NCBI GenBank assembly: GCA_918797485.1
Contig: CAKKNE010000004.1
Location: forward strand, 1,488,001-1,552,000
Reading direction: 5' to 3'
DNA from: Pelagomonas calceolata
Taxonomy: Eukaryota
DNA length: 64,000 nucleotides
Within the stretch, counting starts at the first letter, position 1. The number at the start of each line of letters is the position of its first letter. Under the pieces are notes generated by a model. It saw nothing but the letters and a program-made list of their open reading frames with translations. It was not told the origin of the DNA and did no database searches. Shown here piece after piece: positions 36,240-47,574 of the stretch. The position numbers and the translations under genes are program-made.

Positions 36240-36900
36240 CCAGTCTCTGGTGGACTCCAAATTTGATTTTCGAGTTCAAGTTCCCAGCCACTTGTGCGGG
36301 GTCCCGAAGAGTCCTTTTGTACATCCCGAGGCCGGGCTGGGGGGAGGGGTCACTTTCGCGGCGACGCGGTGAACTTCGCGGTGATGAGGCCTGATGGTCA
36401 ACTTGCGGTATTTCAGCGAGTGCCAGTGAAAAACAAAACTCGCTTCTATGCTGGTAATTTGGTCCCCCTGCGGCCCTTGAGTACCATTGGCGTGGGTGGG
36501 ACGGATGCGTAGTATTGGGCATCGAGTTCGGCCAGGTCTTGAAATCCGTGAAGGTCACGACGCGGCCGGGTACCCCGGGCACAGAGGGCCCTACGAGTCC
36601 CCCCGACCCAATCCGCGGGTACAGGCTAACGATGGAGCGAATCCCTATGGTGGGTGCCGGCCCTTCCCGGGCCGATGGGCTGCCAGATAGGTCGCCTGAC
36701 GCGGCACGAAACTTGAACGCCACTGGCGCGACCTTCGCAGGCCACTAAAATTTTCAAACCTAATCGTCTCGGTCACTCGCTGTGGTCACGTCCTTATAAG
36801 GGTAAGGGTAAGTATGCCCCCTATTCTTAATTTGCGCGCGGCCGGGACGTTCAGTTATAGAGATACGGCAAATTTGGGGTTGCCAGTGGGTGTTCGCCCC
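36240..36900. repeat. Dispersed repeat R1, copy 2, containing an insert shared with 52030-52110
   Basis: Colinear with 12400-12930; AGAGGGCCCTACGAG.CCCCCCGACC...ATCCC.ATGGTGG.TGCCGGC interrupts it at ~36580-36665. Confidence 0.8.
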
Positions 36901-37296
36901 CTTCTGCAATTGGCCACTACTAGTAGGTACTAGTAGTACGAGTTCGCGGGCTCCGGACCGAATCATCAGATTCCGCGGCGCTTGATACCGATTGGCTAGA
37001 TAGTACCTTAGTCCCGGGCGGGTGACTTGGGGAAAAGCAGTAGGCATCCCTTTTTGATAGTCTTAAGCCAGCTTCTTGGTCTTTGTCAGCGAGCTTGAGC
37101 TCGGCGAGCTTAATGTAGCTTAGCCCCCACCCGCTGAAGGGTGTCAAGGGACTGCGAGTTGAGGGGAAGGTCTGCTAGGCTAAACACAATTTGTTTTTTG
37201 GGAAGCTATAACAGCCGCGTGGTAACCTTGACAACTTTACTTACCAATGTTCCAGGGGAACCACTCGCCGCAGCGTGCATCAGCGTGCATATGTAT

Positions 37297-40200
37297 TCAC
37301 TGCAAGGGAAATGAAGAAATTTGTGCCTCCTCGATAATCTGACGATTACCAACCTAATTTGATTGACTAAAAATTTCGTCGAGCTATATCAACTCGGAAT
37401 GTACCATGTACTGGATCTTGACTCGCATCATAAGTGGCTTGGATGACACCGTGTTGTTTACCTATGGATTGACCATTACTTTCTTAATCAAATCCAAGAA
37501 AAATACCTTAATTACTTGGGTTACAATCCAGTTGCTGTTTGCAGGGATGGTCGTGGCTGAGGGAGGTTTCAGTTCCATAAAAACATATTTTGGTACCGCC
37601 GCTTGGAACACGAAGTGATTAAAATCTGTAATTGTGTGGTTTAAAAAATTGCACGTGATCTCCATCTTTTCTGGGCTAAGCTGATCTTGAGATAGTGCCA
37701 TTGTCAGTGTCAAACCTCCTTTCTCAAATGCCTTGAAGCTTGCGTGTGTTTGTGTTTGCTCTTCAACAGCGTTTTCTGGTTGTGCAGCTGGATTTTTCTC
37801 AACAAATATGTCATCGAATAAGTCAACATTGCGTGTTGATGTATCCGCATCATTGGCGTGTTTTTGGCTTCTTTGTCCAATGTCTTTCCAATCAAGATCA
37901 AGGAGATCCGTTGGTGCGTGATCAACGCATGATCCTGCAGTCTCTCCTGTCATGTTCTCACAGCAGGAACGATCCATACTCTCCTTGTCATTACCTGATG
38001 GCTGGTACTAAAATGCTTTCGTGAAATACAAATCAGCGGGCTCAGGGACAAACGGAATGGCGCAGTCTTCATTGCTGGCATTCTTGCGAGAGCTTGTCGT
38101 TGAAGGTCTTGACGTTGGTCTTCAAAGAGCGACATATACTCACAAGACCGCTGCTGAAGCTCAAGTGACAAGGAAGTCACAAAGTACCTGTGTTGCCTGT
38201 CTTAACGTCCTTTTAATATTTGATTGTGAATTAGATTCTCTGTGAAAGACCCCAAAAGGCCTTTGCATTCCGCCTGCCCTTGTTGCAACCGACACACAAT
38301 CTTCATTAGAGCAGTGGTGGCATAAGATCTTGTAAGAGTAGTAGCAAGGTGGGACTTCAAGACTGCCTTGATAAGTCCCAAAATGTCAGAAAGAGACACG
38401 GCGCAATATACGTCCCCAAAGTCGCCACTACTGGAAGTCTCAAGGAGTCGATCACTGAATTCACCAATGCACCAGAGCGCGACATGCATGAGGGCAATCT
38501 GCACGCGAGGCAATTCCTCCTGTAGAAGCCGAAACAATTTGTGCGTTGCAAAGCCATGCAGAGCCTCGGAGTGCGTTATGTGGCTAACAGCTGCACATGC
38601 GATCAACACATCACAGCAATTACCTGCAATTGACAACATGGCAATCAAAGTTTCCACTTTCCATCTGGGATCTGGTGCAAACCTGTGAGAATGACGCAGT
38701 AATTAATTGAGTCACGTCCTGCTGTTCACGCAGCCAACTAAATGACTTATCGACAATAGCAGAAACCTGAAATGTGCAAGAAATTTCAATTTTGAACACC
38801 TGAAGGAATTGCTGCGCAGTTCAAGACGCGACTGCACAGGAGGCTTTGATGCTCTGGAGGTGCCACCACGAGGTAGTTGAGCAACTCCCTAACTAATTCT
38901 ACAATGTTATTAGCATCAACAAGCTGGTATGTCAATTCCAGGGCTCTCTGGCGGATCGAAATATCTGGATCTTTAAGACAATCTAAGATTATTGCACCTA
39001 CATGACAAGAATTCATGGTCGCCATTCTTTGTGTTCACTTACGATGGCGTTGCACGGCAGCAACATCATCATCCACGACACTGGAGAGGGAATTCAGCGC
39101 AACCTGTCATTCAGTGATTAGATTGTGCCTCAACGTCGCTCCAGTTTGTTGAAGAGAAAATGTGTGGCTCACACGAACTGACATAACGCATGTTGTTGTC
39201 ACTATTTAAGAGGAAGCGACCAAGAATATTGATTGCCAAGAGCTTCAGGCCAGATTCAGACTTGACCGTCATTATTACTCTCACACATTCGTAGAGAATT
39301 GCATTGCCAGCATTGCGATTTGTTTCTGTGTTTGAGACGACCTGGGTGTTTCGATTCCATTAATTGCATCTATGAGTCGACAAATGTTGTACTTGGGCAA
39401 GAATATCATTCATCGCTTCGCTTGTTCCGTCATCATTTTTTCCTATATAGCGAAAATGTCAACGAACTTTTATTATTCCAAGATTCAAGACAGTGACTCA
39501 GAACCAAAGACTGCAAGCACCCTCAGCAACTTGACCTAAAAGTAAAAGATGGAAATATCTTGCAGAAGATAAACAAGCCTGCAAAAAAGGATCTGCTATT
39601 CCTGAAACATCGTGCTCAGGCCTAGAGGGTCGAGTCTAAAAACAGGAACGTGGGGCTAGTGTGGCATTGGTTTTGACGAGTATCCAAGATTCAACAAATT
39701 TCGGAGCATTTTGACGAGGGATGGCACAATTTGGATAATTTTAGTACTCAGATCCGCTTGGAGAGAAAGAACCTTTGCACGTCTTTTTATAAAATAAAAC
39801 TTCCATCAGCTAATGATGCTGGAACTTACATCAGCCACCAGCTGGATTGCTGCGATGAGAACGCCATGAAATCTATCTTTCAGCAGCATCACAATGCTGG
39901 ACGTGTGGTCCTCGACAAATTCTGGAACGCGCTTTAGTATGCGAATAAGTGCAAGTGCCGCCTTTTTTCGAACGTGTGCATTTGAGGATCCAAGGTGACA
40001 AGAAACATCAGATACAAGCACGCGACCCATATCCGCCTATAAGAATAATTCATGCTTAGTTGCTGGCCATGCGCACCGTTGCCAAGTTTCCCACAGACGT
40101 GAGGGCCAAGCCGACAACATATTGCGACCTGTCTCGCAGTGACGGTATAATTCATTTGATGCATTCAGCTCCGCATTGCACTCGTGATGTAGATCATTTT

Positions 40201-40647
40201 TCAGTGAATTTGTCACTAAGGTGAGCACCTCGGTGCGCTCGTCAAGTAGCAACATCAGAGCAAGATATCCTATGAGACTGTGCCTCAGTAAAATTCAAGC
40301 CCTCATAAAATTGCCAATGCGTTTCTCTGGAAAGCTGGGCGATGCAATAAGCTTGAGGCATTCCATTTGACCAAAGTGGCTTGGATAACCTTTAGGAACC
40401 ATAGGCTAATGGTACTAAAAAGTACTGGCACCTAGCATGTGAATAAATAAAAGTTTTGCCACATTCCGATGGCGGAATGCCGGCAAATTATCTTTGAATG
40501 CGGTGCGAATCAGAGCACATTCCTTTGCAATTACTGCGCGTTCCTCCTGTGCAGTCTTACCTGAGATGAGATGCAACTTACCAAATATGGTGCGCTTAAC
40601 TCACATCCACGAACGGCCCGGATTAGTTCCCGAAGCCTTATGGACAT
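37297..40647 (-). CDS. AP1G1: AP-1 complex gamma adaptin, 18 short introns
   Basis: Spliced translation: [124 protein letters not shown], plus the ear domain [10 protein letters not shown]. Confidence 0.95.
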
Positions 40648-40690
40648 TTCGCGTGGTGTTGGTTAACAACAATACAATGTCAGAGTACTG

Positions 40691-40733
40691 CGGTACCGTA
40701 GGTACCGTAGGTACCGTAGGTACCGTAGGTACC
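40691..40733. repeat. Tandem 9-mer (GGTACCGTA)n about 45 bp upstream of the AP1G start
   Basis: cggtaccgta ggtaccgtag gtaccgtagg taccgtaggt acc. Confidence 0.9.
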
Positions 40734-41249
40734 TCCCAACAAACTGGCTATTACCCCTTAAAGAGTACTGCGGTATGTCGCAGTTATGTAAAGTAGCAAG
40801 CCTGAGTCTTAGGCTGCCAACTGGACGGCTAGAGCGGCCGCGTGGGGCTATTCATTTGCGCAGCGTGGCGCCATCGACACGCCCCCGGCCCGGGGCCGTC
40901 TCAGGCTCAACTTGACTCGGACTCGGAAGCGATAGTGCGTTGGAAAGCTTTTCTGACGGCGCGTCCAGAGGTGTCGGCCCGCCCGCCGGGGCCGTGAGAC
41001 GGCCGCGCCGCGGTTACGGTGTCCTAACCGTGGCTGGTTAAAAAAAAGGCTCAACTTGAACTATTCAAGTGTCATCATCGCCGCGCCCAGCTCCGCGCCC
41101 GGGTCAGTCTTGGTGCCCGGGCCTCAGGCTAATACTTCTACCAATCATATAGGGCTCACGTGAAAACGAAAAGGTAGATTTTACGCATGAACCGTGGCCG
41201 TGACACTGAGGTAGGAGGGAGGGGGGCGATCAGCCTGGTAGGTCCACCC

Positions 41250-41750
41250 TTAGCCAAACTTACCTCGACCTCCAAAGTGGGCCTGGTCATAGGCTCTGTA
41301 GAGCTCACGTTGAGCAGCAGTGGTTGCAATTAAGGCACCTACAACCTTGCGGGCCTTTATTGCCGTGCTATTCACATCAAAAAGCTTTCCCATTTTCTTG
41401 TCGGAAAGTACTGTGTGCGATTGATACTTGAGTCTAGGAAGCCAACTGTCGTCTACGACCGAAGCGCGGTGCCACCCAATCACCTCACTTTGTAGCTCTT
41501 TCAGCGTAACTTTTTCTGCCGTACACCCACCTCTTAGGGTCCCAACTTCGGCTCTAATGCTCTTAATGTCACCATCTTCACAGAAATTCCAAATAGAATC
41601 TGCATTTGCATCCCAGTCATGCAAATTTAATCTCAGGGCCTTACGACATGCATTATCATATTCCTCTAGGGCTGCTTGAAATCTAGAATTAGTTCCAGTG
41701 CCAAAGTTCCCTCTGGTTGCCCGACACACCTTGAAAAATTCCGCATCCAC
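41250..41750 (-). CDS. Unknown ORF (last exon of a gene, or a transposon fragment)
   Basis: 166-aa ORF of natural composition preceded by a CACAG|GCT acceptor; upstream exon not resolved; no recognisable motif. Confidence 0.3.
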   Translation of the reverse strand: MDAEFFKVCRATRGNFGTGTNSRFQAALEEYDNACRKALRLNLHDWDANADSIWNFCEDGDIKSIRAEVGTLRGGCTAEKVTLKELQSEVIGWHRASVVDDSWLPRLKYQSHTVLSDKKMGKLFDVNSTAIKARKVVGALIATTAAQRELYRAYDQAHFGGRGKFG

Positions 41751-43394
41751 TGCGTTTCGAGCCTGTGCGGGTCAAGTCAACAAACATGATAATGAAAGGA
41801 ACCCACCAGAGCCAGCGGGGAACCCCACCTCCTACCTGACTTTGTGCATGTGCGAGATGTTAAGGACGAAGGACACAATGCCTCAGTTTCCAAACGTTTC
41901 CTGCGATTCCGTACTGGGACACACCTGAAATTGAAATGATCCCTTTCCATGACCGCTGGTAAGGACCAAGTAGTATTACTACAAGACGCCCGCGTGTGCG
42001 TGTGTGTATTTCTCCCTCGACGCAGCGCATACGTCCGGCGGCCACGGCTGGCCCGCGTCAACGACGCTTCTGAAAAAAAACTCCGAGTCGCAACCGTGGA
42101 CCCTCGACGGACGCGCGCCCCCCGCGGACATCACCACCCATCGATTGCGCATTGCCCCGTCGATGGCGTTTTTAAAAAGAATATCGGCGGGGAGGGGGAG
42201 GCATAGCCTCCCCCTCCCCCCCGAACCCCCCCTCCCCCTCGGGGGAGGCGTAGCCTCCCCCGGGCCCTCCCCCCCTCCCCTCCGTCAGGACGCCTACAGC
42301 ACACGGCGTCTCCAGGAATCGCCTCTGAGGACCCTCTGAGGGCTCCAGGAATAGAAGGGCAGCTCCGCGCAGCTCCGCGCCCTGGTGTATGACGTCATTA
42401 CAATTTACATGTAGAAAGGTACAAAAGGGAAAAAAGAGAAAAAAAAGATTAGTCTGGAGGCCACTACTAGTAGTAGTACAACTCATTCATCAGCAGGGGC
42501 GGGCCCCCCAAGCGGCGAGCCAGTACGGACCGTGACCAGTAGCCGTGGAGTGGTACGGACCGTGACCCGGGGAGTGATTTTTTTGTGCCACCGGCGCGGC
42601 CTATGTATGACGCCACGACGCGTTGTGACGATTTAAGAGCAAAAAACACAGTTTCCCTTGGTCTCGAGCGGAATGTACGAGGCCGCACTTTGTCCGTGGG
42701 TACGACGTGTCGTCGACAGCATACTCCAGACAGCATACTCCAGACAGTCGGCATAAGGTGTTCGGCCCATCTCGCGAAACGAAAGAGGAGCGCAACAGCA
42801 AGTTGCAGCATCTCAACGCCACTAGCACGCACCTTTCAAGTTCGTACCAGTGCATCACTGTGGCGATGTCCGACATCATGATTACAAATTGTCCTGGCGG
42901 CCTGCCAGTGCAGAGAAGTCTCTTGGGGCCGGTAGCCTGAGCGCTGGTAGTCAAGACTACGCAGCAGGTATTATATCGAGCGACTTGCTTGCTTGTAGCA
43001 TCAAAATAATTAATCAGTCCGCCAGTCTGACAGAGCCCAACGGCAGACAGGCTCGAGTGATCAAGTAGATGATTTGCCAATGGGAGGCGCTATCAGCGCT
43101 CAGGCACTCAGGCTACAGGATATTTGAGTTCAGCCCCCCGGGCCTCGGCTAAGGATGAGTAGCGAAGTCTCCCATCTCAGGCTCAGGATAGTCTCAGGCA
43201 TTATAGGCTGCGTCTTCTTTATACCCATTGCAATTTCACGATCCTCCTCCCAGGACGAGGGCGAGTTCATGATAGGTCGGACGCGACATAAGGCTGAGAA
43301 ACTGTTTGCCTGTCTTACGTTGTCCATAGCTACCAAATCCCCCTGTGTTATCACGTAAGGCACTCTAGGTAAGCTGAATATCCAATAGTCTTGC

Positions 43395-44727
43395 CTAGAA
43401 GAAGCCCGGGGGCAACTGGGGAACAACCGCACGACGCAGGGTGCCAACAAAGCCAGAAACTTGTTGGTGTTGGATCTGGCGTCCCAAGTGGAAGCGTTGC
43501 CATGTAACATACCAGAGAGACGCCGAGGTTATAAGGGTGACATAGGTTACTATCCAGAACTTTTTTGGATGGTCCTCAAGGCCTGAAAGAAGATTCATGC
43601 CAAAAAAACCGCCGACCGCTGACATCATTGCAAAACTGAGTCCTCCCATGGACAGATAGAGCTCCATGCGCTCTATGCGATTACGTTCATTATCAAGAGT
43701 GAGCTCTATGAGTTTTCGTGTGGAATCGATTGCCCCAACGAGTTTCTCAATACCATCATTAACTTCCTCCCAACGACAGAGGTAATTTTCAAAGACTGAT
43801 GCCACGACTTCTTTGTTAGTATACCTCTCGAACTCATCAATCATTGTTGGAACTTCGTTGACTTCGTCAGAGCGCTCGTAAGGCACCGTGCTACTCGCAA
43901 GTAGAACATGATTCGTGCGAATACCTTCAACATCTGATTCCAATGCATCGCCGATCAGCGCGTAGACACGCCTCCCACGTACTGCTTCCTCCTGGAGCTT
44001 TGTCTCCAATGGCAAAAGTCGACAGAGCGTGCCCGCCCGCGTCGTCTCCGAGTTTCCAAAGTCACAGAGTGCTTCAAGCTCAGAGCCAATAGTCTGCTCA
44101 AGTCGTGAGAACTCTTTGAGAGCATGCCGATACGCCTAAAAAGGCAACAATAAGGTGCAACATAAGGTGGGGAGGATCTGGGGGTGGGGTCCCCACTTCC
44201 TCAAGGATGCATTCCACCACGACCATGGTGAAACTCAGGCGTCGACCACCGGGTTGAGATAGGGCTTCGACGATATTAGCTTCAACGCGCGTAATGTGCT
44301 CCCGCGACAAGAACAGTCGACATGCAGGAATCTTCTGTCCCTCCGGCACTGTCATACTAAGTTGCGCATCAGCAAGCGTGGGTAATAGGAGAACACAGCG
44401 ATCACGATCAACATAACCTCTAAGAACGCCAAGGTCGAAAACCACGAACTTCTCACGGATCGCCAGGTCTAGAGCCGTCGTACGAAGCAGAAGGCGCGCA
44501 TCTGTCATTGATACGCGACGACGCAGCTCCGCCCAATCAAGTGTGATATCGCGGCCACATCCAAGTTCAATCTGCCGCGCTTGCCACGTTTGCTCCTCGA
44601 GTCGTGGATTGTTGTCGCCTGTCCTAATCTGCGCTGTCGATGCCCAAACCTGGCCCGCAATTGCCCGTTCGTCGTTTAAGCAGCATGCGTAAATGCACAG
44701 CACTAAGCTGAGAAGCGGCTGTCGCAT
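43395..44727 (-). CDS. MRS2: MRS2/CorA-family magnesium transporter, one intron
   Basis: LDNERNRIERMEL..GGFFGMNL (GMN motif) with two TM helices; exons join at EE|AYRHALKE; N-terminal signal-like peptide MRQPLLSLVLCIYACC. Confidence 0.88.
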
Positions 44728-44930
44728 ACCGACGAAGCAGTGGAATTGTTCGATCAAGGGGACAACAGGCAGCCACAGCCCACCGCCGCGCAAACCAGCC
44801 GGACCGACCCGCACGTTCGCATAATTGAGGCCGCCCGCGCGACGCGGGAAGTGGCATGGGGGCGCTGGCTGGATAACGTGGACCCGCCGAGCTCATCTGC
44901 TGCTGTGCCAAGTTTGGTGCCGGGTGGCGA

Positions 44931-46449
44931 GGCGGAAGGCGGGCAACGGCAGCCCTCTTTGGCAGGTCGTTTTTCAGACGGGCCACGGCCCGCCTTAAGT
45001 ACCGAGATAATGGATAGTTCCGGAGATATATCACGGCCGGGTACGTGAACGTGCGCTGGGTGTCTTCAAACTTTGGGTTCTATGACTTTCGCGTCGGCGC
45101 GGCCGTCGACGCGTATAATACGGCACAAAACAGGGAGCCCTTCGCTCGTATCGCAGCCGCATGATCTTCGGAGCAGTGTGGGACCGAGATATGGTGTCCG
45201 CGCTCGAGCATGCCGGAGCTGTGGAGCTCTCGATGCGATCCTGGCGATTTATCAGCGGTCGAAGACGGTGCGCCGTCGACCGTCTTGAGGGCCCGCGTTC
45301 TCGGCGCTATGAAACGCGGCTCCGGGCGCCTCGGCGGCGCCGAGGGGCCCCATTGCGCCTCGGTGGGCCCATTTCTCTGCCCATTTCTATGGGTCGTGAA
45401 GCAAAGGGGGGCTGTAGCTCGGTAGGGAGGCGTCGTATAAACCTCCCATTCGGCGTCTGATAGGACTATGTAACAATTGGCCCAGCACGACCCGCGTCAC
45501 GCTGACTTGTCGAAGGTTTGTCCTCAGTTTACAGCCTAGAATTTTACCCGATACTATAAACGCCGCGGCGTTGAAATTCCGCAACAACATCTTGTCGTTG
45601 GACCCTCAGGATTTCCTCGTTCGCCGCGTATACGACGGCCTGATGAATGATTCCAAAGGTCGCGGATCGTCGAAGAACGGAGCTTTGTTCCTTGAAAATC
45701 TGGCGTTAGAAGCGAATTGGCCCGGGCCTCTGAAAAAACCGGCAGCGCTCCGTCGTCAAAATCTGTCGCATCGCGCCCAGTTTCCGAGCTCGCCGATGGC
45801 TTCAAGGAAATGTCGACTCTCCGCAACATGAGCAATTGGGTCGAGAAGGAACGTTTTGGCTTGCCGGAATATTTACTCAGAGCGTGCCCCGCGTCTCTTC
45901 GGGAAGGGCGGAGATTGAAGACGAAGTTCCGATTGGGTTGCCACGACCTCCGGAGTTCGAGCAGCCGAACGCAGCTTGTTCGTAACGCGCAATGCCCTTG
46001 TTGCGCATCTCGTGAATCGGAAACGATTCAACACACGTTGTTTGAATGCGAGGCCTTTGAGGAAGAACGGGAGGCATTCCTTGCGAGATTATATTCGGTT
46101 TGCCCCCCGGCACGGCAATTGACCGATGAGGGCCGATGTCGCTTGGTCATGGGGGACGAGAGCTCCACAGCTCCGGCATGCTCGAGCGCGGACACCATAT
46201 CTCGGTCCCACACTGCTCCGAAGATCATGCGGCTGCGATACGAGCGAAGGGCTCCCCGTTTTGTGCCGGTCGACGGCCGCGCCGACGCGAAAGTTCATAG
46301 AACCCAAAGTTTGAAGACACCCAGCGCACGTTCACGTACCCGGCCGTGATATATCTCCGGAACTATCCATTATCTCGGTACTTAAGGCGGGCCGTGGCCC
46401 GTCTGAAAAACGACCTGCCAAAGAGGGCTGCCGTTGCCCGCCTTCCGCC
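44931..46449. repeat. ~300 bp near-perfect inverted repeat (44931-45232 / 46157-46449) with ~920 bp spacer
   Basis: The arms are reverse complements apart from a ~10 nt indel and few other changes; weaker similarity extends outward to ~44775 and ~46590. Confidence 0.92.
45560..46155 (+). mobile_element. Non-LTR retrotransposon ORF2 C-terminal fragment (frameshifted)
   Basis: LKFRNNILSL..LVRRVY, then KTKFRLGCHDL..CPCC..ETIQHTLFEC (zf-RVT-like CCHC); truncated where the inverted-repeat arm begins. Confidence 0.8.
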
Positions 46450-47574
46450 GCACTGCCCGGCACCAAAATCGGCACAGCGGTAGATGGGTCGGCGAGGCCG
46501 CGTCAACCCGGTTTCACGCCCCCCACGCCGGTTCCCGCCTCCTGCGGAGGCCCTAAAGTCCCGCAGTGGCTGGTTTGCGAGAGGCTCTGGGCAACCGTCT
46601 TGTGGGGTGCGCAATAATAAATATGCTGTACGGTTTTTTTTGCGCGTTTGGAGAAACCTGACGAGCACATAGGCTTTGGAGTCTAAGACAAAGCTAAAGA
46701 TAAATCACCGGCGATTGAGCCCCGATGGGGGGTGACACCAATATGGAGCTCGGGTTTCCGGCGACGCCTCTTTCAGCAGTCCCGGGGATTTGTCCGGAGA
46801 GAGGCGTCCAGCCGGCTCGTCAACCAAGCTTCGCGTTTGGGGAGGGCAAATTCGGGACCCTAAAATTGCCGCTTTTGGCCGTCGTTGTGCCAATAAGCGC
46901 CTCTACCGAGCCGCAGGCTGCTCCTACGCAAAAACTTCATCGATGGCGCACCATCAGTGGGTGTTGGTGCCGGCGTAGGAGCAGCCCCGATGAAGTTTCG
47001 GCACGCCGCGGCGGCAAAAAAGGGCTGCCCATTTTCATCGGTCGAGCTTCAGGGATGGGCCGTTTTTCAAAACGCATGCGCAGCCCGAAAGAAGTTGTTT
47101 AGGAGCTACCCGATGAGGTTCCGACCCGCGCTGCCCGCTCCTTTTCAGCTATTCCAGCGCTGATAGTCCGCCAGCGGCCGCGCGGTGCGTGCCGCGAACG
47201 ACGTAAACGGGGCCAAAGCGGCCACGAGGAGGACGAACGCTTCAAAATAGGTGGTCGAGGCCCACGCATGGTACACGAACGAAGTCCTGCGACGCTCCAT
47301 CTGCCCAGCCGGCCCTCAAATCGCTTCAAAATGGCATTTCGACCTCGTTTTGGCATGTTTTTGCCCCACCACGACCCGAAATCCCCCTAAGCGCCGGTAA
47401 ATTTTGTCTGAATGTACCCCATAGAACCCACAGAGAACTACCCCGGGACTGCTGAAGCAAGGCTCATCGAGGTCTTGCGCTAGAACCGGTTTGGGGTTGG
47501 TGTCACCCCCCCAGGGCCCTGAGCCCCGAGCACCAGAGCTCGCGGGTTTCTACGTCGACATATACTACATTCGA

